Shown here piece by piece: positions 1 to 9,687 of a stretch of DNA of 53,843 nt (positions are counted from its first letter, which is position 1; each line of letters starts with the position of its first letter). Below the pieces are notes generated by a model. That model ran no database searches. It was given only the letters and a program-made list of their open reading frames with translations, and was not told where the DNA came from. The translations under genes were made by a program, and so were the position numbers. This DNA is from Deltaproteobacteria bacterium RBG_13_61_14. Its GTDB lineage: Bacteria; RBG-13-61-14. Location of the stretch: positions 22,213 to 76,055 of the forward strand of contig MGQK01000130.1 in assembly GCA_001797815.1 (NCBI GenBank). Direction: 5' to 3'.

Positions 1-26
1 TTGTATGTAGATAATCTTAAATTCCG

Positions 27-434
27 TTATTTTTTGCCCAAGCTGATTGCTCCGGCCGAATTGATTAATCCGGTTATCAGCCGAGCTATCTCGTCGCATG
101 AAGCCATTAAATTCTCCGCGCTCTCCCCGTATCCGAGATCGTGGGTTAGAATCAAATGGTATCGCACCTCTTCCAAAGAACCCTGGCTGATGTTGCAGGA
201 CTGGACCTTGCCTTTTTCCCCTCGACGTTTGAAACCTTCCGCCAAATTGGCGGCGATGGATACAGCCGCTCGCCGCATCTGGATCGTTAAACCAAACCTC
301 TCATCCTCAGGAAACTTTTTCGTAATCTGGTAAATGCTCAACACCAGGGCATGGGCCTTCTGCCAGGCAATCAAATCCCTGAAATCTTCAATCCCCCGCC
401 TCGTCCCTGCTTCTCTGTATTCTGTTTCCGGCAT
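27..434 (-). CDS. four-helix-bundle protein (23S rRNA intervening-sequence protein family)
   Basis: ORF 27..452. The peptide carries the family signature (FRDLIAWQKAHALVLSIY, RRAAVSIAANLAEG, GSLEEVRYHLILTHDLGY). Start is placed at the second ATG (434) because the first (452) lies inside the heptamer array; the start is uncertain. Confidence 0.8.
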   Translation of the reverse strand: MPETEYREAGTRRGIEDFRDLIAWQKAHALVLSIYQITKKFPEDERFGLTIQMRRAAVSIAANLAEGFKRRGEKGKVQSCNISQGSLEEVRYHLILTHDLGYGESAENLMASCDEIARLITGLINSAGAISLGKK

Positions 435-440
435 TTTCCC

Positions 441-471
441 TACATACAACATACTACATACGACATACTAC
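441..471. repeat. tandem heptamer array NACATAC x4.4 (right arm of an inverted pair)
   Basis: TACATAC AACATAC TACATAC GACATAC TAC. It overlaps the atpG stop codon (468-470). Nt 440-449 (CTACATACAA) are the exact reverse complement of window nt 1-10 (TTGTATGTAG). Confidence 0.85.
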
Positions 472-1331
472 TTCTCCAGCGCTTCCTTCCCCCCGATAAT
501 CTCCATCAACTCCTTGGTAATCGCCGCCTGCCGCGCCCGGTTGAACTGGAGCGTCAGCTTGCTGATCATGTCCGAGGCGTTGGAGGTGGCCGCGTCCATC
601 GCGGTCATCCGCGCCCCGTGCTCGCTCGCCCGCGATTCCAGGAGCGACCGGTAAAACTGCACCCGCACGTAACGCGGCAAGAGATCCTCCAGCACCGCTT
701 TCGCATTCGGCTCGTAAATATAGTCCACCGCCGCGGTCCCTTCCTCCGTGGGCAGCTCCAGGGGCAAGAGCCGGACCGTGGTCGGCCGCTGCACCATGGC
801 CGACTTGAACACCGAGTAAACCAAATACACCCCGTCCACCTCGCCGCTCAGGTAGCGGCGGATCAAGTCCTGGCCCAGCGCCGCGGCCCGGGCATACTCC
901 AGACTCCGGAGCACGTCCACCTCGGCCAGGCGCAACTCCACCTTGCGCCGGCGGAAGTAATCGCGGGCCTTCTTGCCGATCACCGAGAGCACCACCGCTT
1001 CGTGCCGGGGCCGGCGCTCTTTGAGGAAAGCCTCGGCGGTGCGGATCAGGTTGGAGTTAAAGCCGCCGCATAGGCCCCGGTCGGAGGTCACCAGGACTAG
1101 CTCGATCTTCTTTTCCTCGCGCACCTTAAGAAGCGGGTGGTCCTTCTTCTCCGCCCGCTTGGCCAGGCTCGCCACCACCCCCTCAAACGCCCGGGCATAG
1201 GGCCGGTTCGATTCCGCGCCTTCCTGCGCCCGCCGGAGCTTGGCCGCGCTCACCATGTACATGGCCTTGGTGATCTGCTGCGTGCTCTTCACGCTCCGAA
1301 TCCGCCGCTTAATGTCACGTAACGTCGCCAT
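468..1331 (-). CDS. atpG: F1 ATP synthase gamma subunit
   Basis: 287 aa, full length. MATLRDIKRRIRSVKSTQQITKAMYMVSAAKLRRAQ at the N-terminus and ARQAAITKELMEIIGG at the C-terminus are typical gamma signatures. It follows atpA. Confidence 0.95.
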   Translation of the reverse strand: MATLRDIKRRIRSVKSTQQITKAMYMVSAAKLRRAQEGAESNRPYARAFEGVVASLAKRAEKKDHPLLKVREEKKIELVLVTSDRGLCGGFNSNLIRTAEAFLKERRPRHEAVVLSVIGKKARDYFRRRKVELRLAEVDVLRSLEYARAAALGQDLIRRYLSGEVDGVYLVYSVFKSAMVQRPTTVRLLPLELPTEEGTAAVDYIYEPNAKAVLEDLLPRYVRVQFYRSLLESRASEHGARMTAMDAATSNASDMISKLTLQFNRARQAAITKELMEIIGGKEALEK

Positions 1332-1348
1332 CTTTTTTCCTGGTGCTT

Positions 1349-1412
1349 GTAGTGGCGCGATTCATCGCGCCCTTACTTCTGGATTCTTGGGCGCAATCAA
1401 TTGCGCCCCTAC
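1349..1412. repeat. REP doublet (REPIN-like), GTAG...CTAC hairpin family, copy A
   Basis: GTAGTGGCGCGATTCATCGCGCCCTTAC (1349-1376) plus GGGCGCAATCAATTGCGCCCCTAC (1389-1412). Each is a perfect or near-perfect hairpin. The same doublet recurs at 50395-50453. Confidence 0.9.
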
Positions 1413-1422
1413 GAAATGCCAT

Positions 1423-2934
<1,512 letters not shown>

Positions 2935-2970
2935 GGTTAGTTACTCCTCTTTCCTCTGAAGAACCGTAGC

Positions 2971-3046
2971 GTGTCAGGAGTCAAGAAAAAGCAATTCGGA
3001 AATCTTCTTCATCTTGCCTGATACGTGACACCTGACACTTGACACC
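2971..3046. repeat. inverted GTGTCAGG / CCTGACAC arm element, copy 1
   Basis: Left arm is GTGTCAGGAGTCAAG (2971-2985). Right arm is GTGACACCTGACACTTGACACC (3025-3046, 7-nt periodic). The spacer GAAAAAGCAATTCGGAAATCTTCTT is homologous to the copy at 38068-38168. Confidence 0.8.
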
Positions 3047-3056
3047 ATCTCATCCA

Positions 3057-3602
3057 TCACGAGACGTTGGCCAACTCCCGCCGCATCTGCCGAAGCTGGG
3101 TTTTGATCGAGCCGTCGAGGAGCAAGCCGCTGACCCGGGTGACCACTCCGCCGATCAGTTCGGGATTCACTTCCACGGTCATGATGACCTCTTTGCCCGT
3201 CAGTTTCTTCAAGGTGGCCTTGATCTGTTCTTCAGCCGCGGCCGAAAGCGCCGCCGCCGTGGTTACCGAGGCCCGCACCCGGCCCTGGGCCTCGTCCAGC
3301 ATCTCCCGGAACGAGCCGAGGATGCGGGGCAGATAGTCGAGCCGGCGCCGGTCGTCGAGCAGGCGCAGGAAGCGCACCAGGGTGTCGGAAAGCTTCATGC
3401 GCCGGGCCACCTCCCGCAGGACGGCGTCGCGCTGGGGCCGGGGCACGGTCGGTCCCAGCAAAACTTCGTAGAGGTTCTTGTCCTCCAAGAGCAGTTCCAC
3501 AAACCGTGCCAGCTCCGAGGCCAGCGCCTCCAGGCGGTTTTCCTCGCGGCCGATGGCGAGCAACGCCCGCGCATAGCGGCGGGCCAGGCTTCCCTGAATC
3601 AT
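3057..3602 (-). CDS. atpH: F1 ATP synthase delta (OSCP) subunit
   Basis: 181 aa, LARRYARALL start motif, located between atpF and atpA. Its start overlaps the atpF stop (ATGA at 3599-3602). Confidence 0.85.
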   Translation of the reverse strand: MIQGSLARRYARALLAIGREENRLEALASELARFVELLLEDKNLYEVLLGPTVPRPQRDAVLREVARRMKLSDTLVRFLRLLDDRRRLDYLPRILGSFREMLDEAQGRVRASVTTAAALSAAAEEQIKATLKKLTGKEVIMTVEVNPELIGGVVTRVSGLLLDGSIKTQLRQMRRELANVS

Positions 3603-4207
3603 GGTTTCAACTCCTCTCGCCCCAGATAGTCGCGCAGAATCCGCTCCTGATCCTGGTCGTTAATCACCTGGCGGATCACCTTCTCCGCCAGCTCCACGGT
3701 CAGCGCCGCGGCCTCTTCCCGCAAGGCGGCCCGGGCCTTGCTCAACTCCTGGCGGGAGGTGAACTCGGCCTCGTGGCGGATGCGCGCCGCTTCGTCCCGC
3801 GCCGCGGCCAGGATCCGCTCCTTCTCCCGCTCCGCCTCCTCGCGCATGGCCTGCTTCAGGCCCGCCATCTCTTCGCCGATCCGATCCAGCTTTTCCCGGT
3901 ATTCCTGGTGACGGTCTTCGGCCGCCAGCTTTTGCCGCTCGGCCTCGGCGATCGCTTCGGCCAGGCCGGCCCGGCGCTGCACCAGGTGCTCCTTGAGCGG
4001 CCCCCGTCCGAAATACCAGAGGATGGTGACCAGGATCAGGAAATTGGGCAGGTGCCAGCCCACGCTCAGAGCGCCTTTGATGCCCTGGATGCCGAACGGC
4101 TGCACCAGAGCCAGCACCACCGTGAAAATAATCCCCAGCAGAGTCCAGATCACCATCAAGGTGATCATCTTCTTCTTGGCCTGATTCTGATTATTATTGA
4201 CCGCCAC
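3599..4207 (-). CDS. atpF: Fo ATP synthase subunit b
   Basis: 202 aa. A single N-terminal TM segment is followed by a long charged coiled-coil (AEAERQKLAAEDRHQEYREKL...). Operon position fits. Confidence 0.8.
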   Translation of the reverse strand: MAVNNNQNQAKKKMITLMVIWTLLGIIFTVVLALVQPFGIQGIKGALSVGWHLPNFLILVTILWYFGRGPLKEHLVQRRAGLAEAIAEAERQKLAAEDRHQEYREKLDRIGEEMAGLKQAMREEAEREKERILAAARDEAARIRHEAEFTSRQELSKARAALREEAAALTVELAEKVIRQVINDQDQERILRDYLGREELKP

Positions 4208-4232
4208 GATTGCTTGCCTTTCCTCTTCTTCC

Positions 4233-4256
4233 CTGCCTACTGCCTACTGTTTACTG
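4233..4256. repeat. tandem heptamer array CTGCCTA x3.4
   Basis: CTGCCTA CTGCCTA CTGTTTA CTG. It contains the stop codon of the b' gene (4251-4253) and fills the b'/b spacer. Confidence 0.8.
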
Positions 4257-4679
4257 AACCGGCCGGCCCAGCACCTGGACCGCCACTTCCCGGGCCAGCT
4301 CCTGCGCCTCGGCCTTGAGCGTGGCCGAAGCCTCCCTATACTCACGGGCGATCCGTTCCCGCAACTCGCCCAGCGTGTCGCCGGTTTCTTCCCGCGTCTG
4401 CCGGACCAGGCGCTCGTTTTCCGCCAACGCCATCTTGCGCATGGACTCCCGCAAGCGCTCCCCCTCGGTGCGCGCCTCCTCCAGTTGTCCCTGGTAAGCC
4501 GCCACCTGCTTGGCCGTCTCGGCTTCCAGGGCGCGGGCCTGGGTCTTGGCGTCCTCCACCCGGCGCGTGCGTTCGTCAAAGGTCGCGAGGATCGGCTGGA
4601 AGAGCAAGCGGTTAAGGATGACCAACACCGCCAGGAAGACGCCCATTTGAACCAGCAAGGTGAGATTGATACTAATCAA
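4251..4679 (-). CDS. atpF2: Fo ATP synthase subunit b' (second b-type subunit)
   Basis: 142 aa. N-terminal TM (INLTLLVQMGVFLAVLVILNRLLF) plus a charged helix. TTG start preceded by AGGAG 7 nt upstream. Sits immediately upstream of atpF. Confidence 0.7.
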   Translation of the reverse strand: MISINLTLLVQMGVFLAVLVILNRLLFQPILATFDERTRRVEDAKTQARALEAETAKQVAAYQGQLEEARTEGERLRESMRKMALAENERLVRQTREETGDTLGELRERIAREYREASATLKAEAQELAREVAVQVLGRPVQ

Positions 4680-4864
4680 GCACGATCTCCTTTTTTTCAG
4701 AAATCGAGGGTGACTTTGCCACAGCTGCGAGTATATCAGGACTCCAGAGCAAATTTTTTCTACACTACCTGCGGAAAAATTGCAAGCATATTAACCCAAT
4801 TTTAATTTTAAATTAATGGGGCCGGTTTTCAGCCTTGCCCCAGCTTCAGTTTTCACAAAGAACC

Positions 4865-6379
4865 TCAGAGAAAAAACACCAGGGTCAGGGCGATAAAGGT
4901 CGGGATCAGGATCGCGACCGACCAGCCCATGTAGCCGAAGAAAGAAGGCATCTTGATGCTGTTTTCCTCGGCGATGGATTTCACCATGAAGTTGGGCGCG
5001 TTGCCGATGTAGGTGTTGGCGCCCATGAACACCGCGCCGGCGGAGATGGACAGCAGGGTGACTTGTTTAATCTCGGCTCCCTGGTGGAGCAGGACCCGGG
5101 CCATGCCCTCGGGCACCGGCTGGCCGGTGCCCAGGGAGAGGAAAGTCAGGTAGGTGGGAGCGTTGTCCAGGAAGCTGGAGAGGCCGCCGGTCATCCAGAA
5201 GAAGTGCCAGGGCTGTCGAATGGGAGCGGTGGGGCCCCAGTGGTTGAGGATGACCAGGGCCGGGATCATGGTGACGAAGATGCCCAGAAAGAGCACCGCC
5301 ACCTCGATGATGGGGTGGAAAGTGAATTTCTGGTCGCGGCGGTTTTCGATGGGCGTGAACTTCCAGGACAGGACCGCCATCAGGACCATCAATGCTTCAC
5401 GCACCGGGATGACCTCGGCCTGGCTCTCCGGGATGCCCAGCCGGCCGACCATGAATTTCAGCATGTCCGGGTAGAAATAAATTGACGCGATTACCCCGAG
5501 CAGGAAAAGGAAGTTGAGGTTGCCCCGGAGCTTCAAAGGGATCACATGCTCCTCGTCCCAGTGCCGGGCTTCCGGGGTTTCCTTTTTCCAAAAGTAGGTG
5601 TCGAGCAGGAAATAGAGGGCGAGCAGGAACAAGCTGGTGGGAAGCCACAGCTGCCAGAGCCGGAAGGTCCAGGTGAAGGGCACGCCCCGCAGATACCCGA
5701 GGAAGAGCGGCGGGTCGCCCAGCGGGGTCAGCGAGCCGCCGATGTTGGCGACCAGGAAGATGAAAAAGATCACCGTGTGCTTGACGTGCTTCCGCTCGGA
5801 GTTGGAGGCGAGCAGGGGCCGGATCAGGAGCATGGCCGCGCCGGTGGTGCCGATGAAGCTGGCGAGCAAGGTGCCGATGGCCAGGAAGACCACGTTGTTG
5901 CGGGGCCGGCAGTGGATGTCGCCGTGCAGGATAATGCCGCCGGAAATAACGAAGAGCGAAGCGAGCAGAATCAGGAACTGCTCGTACTCGTGGAGGCTGC
6001 GGACGAGCGCGTGCCCGTCGTGATGGATCACGTAGAGGCCGAGAGGAATGCCGAGCGCGGCGACGACGTAGCCCTTGTGCCGGTTGGATTCCCACCAGTG
6101 GGACTTGACCAGGGGAATGACGGCGATGCTCAGGAGCATGAGCACGAAGCCGGTGATGCTCCAGAGCGGGGGCTGCCAGAGATGGCGACCGGCCTCTGCG
6201 GCTTCGGAGGCGAGTGCCGCGAGAGGAAAGAGCATCAAGCCGAGCGCCGAGACCGCCAGGGGGGTTCGGCGCCCACGCAATCCAACTACTTGCGTCATTC
6301 GAGACTTTTTCACTCCCATCCCTCCGGCCGCAACGGTTCCGGGACCGCGCTCCTTCAGTCGGGGGATGAGCCGGCCCAA
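4865..6379 (-). CDS. NhaD/ArsB-superfamily ion transporter (putative Na+/H+ antiporter type)
   Basis: About 500 aa, polytopic membrane protein. Motifs FLDNAPTYLTFLSLG and GNAPNFMVKSIAE. The N-terminal ~30 aa are non-hydrophobic, so the true start may be an internal ATG (6319 or 6298). Confidence 0.65.
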   Translation of the reverse strand: MGRLIPRLKERGPGTVAAGGMGVKKSRMTQVVGLRGRRTPLAVSALGLMLFPLAALASEAAEAGRHLWQPPLWSITGFVLMLLSIAVIPLVKSHWWESNRHKGYVVAALGIPLGLYVIHHDGHALVRSLHEYEQFLILLASLFVISGGIILHGDIHCRPRNNVVFLAIGTLLASFIGTTGAAMLLIRPLLASNSERKHVKHTVIFFIFLVANIGGSLTPLGDPPLFLGYLRGVPFTWTFRLWQLWLPTSLFLLALYFLLDTYFWKKETPEARHWDEEHVIPLKLRGNLNFLFLLGVIASIYFYPDMLKFMVGRLGIPESQAEVIPVREALMVLMAVLSWKFTPIENRRDQKFTFHPIIEVAVLFLGIFVTMIPALVILNHWGPTAPIRQPWHFFWMTGGLSSFLDNAPTYLTFLSLGTGQPVPEGMARVLLHQGAEIKQVTLLSISAGAVFMGANTYIGNAPNFMVKSIAEENSIKMPSFFGYMGWSVAILIPTFIALTLVFFL

Positions 6380-6961
6380 TTACGGAGCCGGGGAATTGGA
6401 TCCTTCTTGTTGGGCAGGTCCGCCGAGCAGGGTCACCGGCCGGGCTGGCCGCTCGCGGTTTTGCATCTGGCACTGGCCGTCGAAGCGGGCGCCTTCTTTC
6501 ACCACCAGGGCCGGGGTCGAGAGGTTCCCGGTCACCCGGGCGCTGGCCTGCAACTCGATCTTGCTCTTGGCGGTGATGTTGCCCCGCACCTCGCCGCCGA
6601 TCACGGCGGTGTCCACCAGGATCTCGGCCTCGACCACCGCGGACTCGCCGATCATAAGCAGGCCCTGGGACTGGATGTCGCCCCGGAACGTCCCGTCAAT
6701 CCGAACCGTGCCCTCGAACGAGAGCTTGCCCTCGAACTCGCTGCCCTGGCCCAAGAGGGCGTTGAGCTCTCCCGAGGTCGGGACCGGCACGTTGTTCTTT
6801 TTTCCACCGATCATCTCTTCCCCCTTCGGGGCCGTTGCCGGCTCCGATGCTTTCCGCTTGTCTTTATCTCCTCCGAACAGGGCCATGGTCAAGTTACCCT
6901 TTGCCGCGGATTCTCCCCGCGCGACGGTACCCATTATGCCCCAATTCCGAAAAGATTTCAA
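6380..6961 (-). CDS. bactofilin (polymer-forming cytoskeletal protein)
   Basis: Beta-helical bactofilin core: FEGKLSFEGTVRIDGTFRGDIQSQGLLMIGESAVVEAEILVDTAVIGGEVRGNITAKSKIELQASARVTGNL. The maximal ORF starts at a TTG that overlaps the hydrolase stop. Internal ATGs at 6934 and 6886 (MALFGGDKDKRK) are alternative starts. Confidence 0.85.
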   Translation of the reverse strand: MKSFRNWGIMGTVARGESAAKGNLTMALFGGDKDKRKASEPATAPKGEEMIGGKKNNVPVPTSGELNALLGQGSEFEGKLSFEGTVRIDGTFRGDIQSQGLLMIGESAVVEAEILVDTAVIGGEVRGNITAKSKIELQASARVTGNLSTPALVVKEGARFDGQCQMQNRERPARPVTLLGGPAQQEGSNSPAP

Positions 6962-7899
6962 TCCTTTCTTTCCCCATCGTTCCGCACCCGGTTCAACCAG
7001 GTCAAGCCCAGGTCGAGCGCCGCGGGGTTGAACAGGTCACCGTGGCCGCCGGGGAAGATGAAAAGCGACGAATCCGGATGCGCCGCCAGCCAGGCCTGCG
7101 ACTGGGTCAGGGGCACGGTGCGGTCGCGGCTGCCGTGCGCCAGAAAGACCGGAACCTTCAACTTCTCCGCGAAGTGAATGGCCGAGCCTTGCCAGCGCTC
7201 TTCCGGCGTAAACCGCTTCAGCAATTCGCAATACCCGAGCTTCTGGCCGCAACAGAACTCAAACCACGCCTCGTAGTCGGTGATCGGCCCGTAGGCGAGC
7301 ACCGCGTCCAACCCCAGGCCGCGGCCGGGAAACTCCTCGGCGGCCCGCAGGGCCAGAGCGCCGCCGTGGGAAAAGCCGACCAAAGCCAGGAAGGATACTC
7401 GGCGATGTTCCCGGAGCCAAACGGCCGCGCTGATCACGTCGTCCACTTCCTTGGTGCCGATGTCCTCCAGGCTGTCGAAATGTGGGCCGTGACCCGGGCG
7501 GCCCCGGTAATCCAGGCCCAGGATCTCGTAGCCCTCCCGAACCAGACGTTGCACCGCGGGTTGGACATTGGGGTCCAGCACGCTGAGTGTCCACCCGCCT
7601 TGGAGCAGGATGACGGTCCCCCGGCTCTCCCCTTCCGGCTCCCAGGTCAGGGCATAGGTCGTCAGGCCGTCGCCCAGGCCGGGGATGGAAATCCAGCCGG
7701 AGGACGGGGCCAGCACCGGTTCCGAAGACGAAGCCGCGGTTGGAGAAGCCTCGGCCGGATTTTCCCCCGCCGGGGGCTTTCGAATCCAGCCCAGGTAAAC
7801 CGCCGCGAGTCCAACCCCTGACAAGATGATGACCGCGGCAGACCATCGGAAGATCCGAGAGTTCCAAGCGCGTTTGGGCGGAGGGGGCGGCTTTTTCAC
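6958..7899 (-). CDS. membrane-anchored alpha/beta hydrolase (S9/dienelactone-hydrolase-like)
   Basis: TM helix [20 protein letters not shown]. Nucleophile elbow GFSHGG, with later HGSRDRTVP and PGGHGD (Ser/Asp/His candidates). Start is set at GTG 7899, which forms a GTGA overlap with the upstream stop; the longer ORF to 8010 overlaps the acetyltransferase. Confidence 0.75.
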   Translation of the reverse strand: MKKPPPPPKRAWNSRIFRWSAAVIILSGVGLAAVYLGWIRKPPAGENPAEASPTAASSSEPVLAPSSGWISIPGLGDGLTTYALTWEPEGESRGTVILLQGGWTLSVLDPNVQPAVQRLVREGYEILGLDYRGRPGHGPHFDSLEDIGTKEVDDVISAAVWLREHRRVSFLALVGFSHGGALALRAAEEFPGRGLGLDAVLAYGPITDYEAWFEFCCGQKLGYCELLKRFTPEERWQGSAIHFAEKLKVPVFLAHGSRDRTVPLTQSQAWLAAHPDSSLFIFPGGHGDLFNPAALDLGLTWLNRVRNDGERKD

Positions 7900-8561
7900 G
7901 CTTTCGGCTTTTGGTCCTCGCCGCGGGCCGCGGCAATGAACTCTTGGATGCGGTCGGAGCAGAGCAGATCCACGTGGCGCAGAATTTTTTCCAGCGGCCA
8001 GTCCCACCAAGCTATCTTGAGCAAAGCCTGGATCGTCTCCGGGTCAAACCGGTAGCGGATAAGCTGGGCCGGGTTGCCAGCCACGACGGCATAATCGGGC
8101 ACGTCCTTGGTGACCACCGCGTAAGCCCCCACCACCGCGCCGTTGCCGACCCTTACGCCCGAGAGGATCCGGGCCCCCTGGCCGATCCAAACATCATTCC
8201 CAAGGACCACCGGCCCGCGGCTCCCGGGATGACCGTCCCGGCCGGCCCCCGGCAGGCGAAAGCGAACCCGAAACGGGAACGTGCTCACCCAATCCATCCG
8301 GTGCTCGCCGCCGGTGATGATCCGCACGTCCGGGGCGATCGCGCAGAACTTGCCGATCGAGCAGCGGTCCGAGGGCGTCCAGGCGTCCACCACCGGGAAA
8401 CCGTAGGAATGGTCGCCCATCTTGACCAGCCGGCTGGTCACCTGGCGCTTGAGGTAACGCCAGACCTTGGCGGGAAAATCGAGCAGGTTCGGACTCCGCT
8501 TCTGTTCAGCTTCCTCGTCCACCGGGCAACGAGCTCCCTTTAATATCACGCCTCTTTTCAA
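7896..8561 (-). CDS. xenobiotic acyltransferase (XAT) family hexapeptide acetyltransferase (CatB/Vat-like)
   Basis: [89 protein letters not shown] start. Confidence 0.85.
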   Translation of the reverse strand: MKRGVILKGARCPVDEEAEQKRSPNLLDFPAKVWRYLKRQVTSRLVKMGDHSYGFPVVDAWTPSDRCSIGKFCAIAPDVRIITGGEHRMDWVSTFPFRVRFRLPGAGRDGHPGSRGPVVLGNDVWIGQGARILSGVRVGNGAVVGAYAVVTKDVPDYAVVAGNPAQLIRYRFDPETIQALLKIAWWDWPLEKILRHVDLLCSDRIQEFIAAARGEDQKPKA

Positions 8562-8643
8562 AGGTCAAGAAAAGATAGCCCGGGCCGGCCGGACTTCCAA
8601 ATTCGGACCCTTCTGCTACAATGGCCCGAACGACTTCGCTCCC

Positions 8644-9639
8644 ATGACTACACCCGACCTGATTGTGCCCCCGCCCGTCCCCCGGCCCCGGTACCGAAAG
8701 TTTCTGTCCTGGGCGGTTCTCGCCGCGATTTTCGCTCTGATCTTCATGCGCGTGCCCCTGGAAGAGGTGCTCCGCTCCGCCCTCCAGGTCCGCCTGGTCC
8801 CCTTCACCGCGATTACCGGCCTCTTCGTTGCCGCCCTCATCCCCCTGGACGCGGCCATGCTCTATTACCTCGTCGGCCGGCTCCACCGGCCGCTGCCTTT
8901 CCGCGCAATCTTCTACGCCCGCGGGGCGGCCAGCCTCTGGCAGAGCCTGACCACCATGGCCGGCCATTTCGGCATGGGAGTCTGGCTGGCCCGGAACGCG
9001 AAAATCCCGCCGGCTAAGGCGGCCTCCACCATCCTGCTGGTCGTGCTCCTCGAAACTTACGCCCTCCTGGTCCCGCCCACGGCCCTGCTCCTGGTGCTTC
9101 CCGGGCGCGGCCCCGCGCTCCTCCTCCAGCACTCCCGCGACGGCGTCATCCTGGTTTCCCTGGCCGCGGCCTGGCTGGCCCTCGGCCTGGCCATCCTCTT
9201 CTGGAAGAAAAGCGGGCCAAATTTTTTCCAGCGCCTGGCCGACCGGGTCGGGCTGTGGTCCTCCTTCCACCGGGCCTCGGCCCGGGACTACGCCGTGTTG
9301 CTAGCCGGGAAAACCCTGCTCATCGCCGTCACCTGCGTCTTCTTCGTAATCCTTCTCCCCTCCACCCGCATCCACATCACCGCGGTGGATGTCTTCCTCT
9401 ATTTTCCGCTTGTCTCCCTCCTTGCTTCCATTCCGATCACCCCCGCCCGCCTCGGCACCACCCAGGTCGGGTTCCTCATATTTTTTCCCGGGGCGAACCC
9501 GTCCGACCTCATCGCTTTCAGCCTGCTCTGGCAGATGATCAGCAATATTTTCCGTTGGATCTTCGGCGCCCTCTTCCTGCGCCTGTCCATGCAGGGCTCC
9601 GAGGAGACTTCATCGCCCGAGACGCCCGCGATTCCTTGA
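8644..9639 (+). CDS. flippase-like / lysyl-phosphatidylglycerol-synthase TM-region family membrane protein
   Basis: 332 aa from ATG 8644 (MTTPDLIV). About 8 hydrophobic segments with a UPF0104-like layout. Family assignment is by overall pattern only. Confidence 0.55.
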   Translation: MTTPDLIVPPPVPRPRYRKFLSWAVLAAIFALIFMRVPLEEVLRSALQVRLVPFTAITGLFVAALIPLDAAMLYYLVGRLHRPLPFRAIFYARGAASLWQSLTTMAGHFGMGVWLARNAKIPPAKAASTILLVVLLETYALLVPPTALLLVLPGRGPALLLQHSRDGVILVSLAAAWLALGLAILFWKKSGPNFFQRLADRVGLWSSFHRASARDYAVLLAGKTLLIAVTCVFFVILLPSTRIHITAVDVFLYFPLVSLLASIPITPARLGTTQVGFLIFFPGANPSDLIAFSLLWQMISNIFRWIFGALFLRLSMQGSEETSSPETPAIP

Positions 9640-9687
9640 ACAATGGCGGATGATTAGATGAACCGATAAGACCAGCAGGAAAGGTCT

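Noticed and set aside
8467-8643. Upstream extension of the flippase-like ORF, and the long overlapping ORFs 7911-8543 plus and 8506-9270 minus.
   Set aside because: The extension overlaps the acetyltransferase 5' end and has no membrane or domain features. The others are antisense shadow ORFs.
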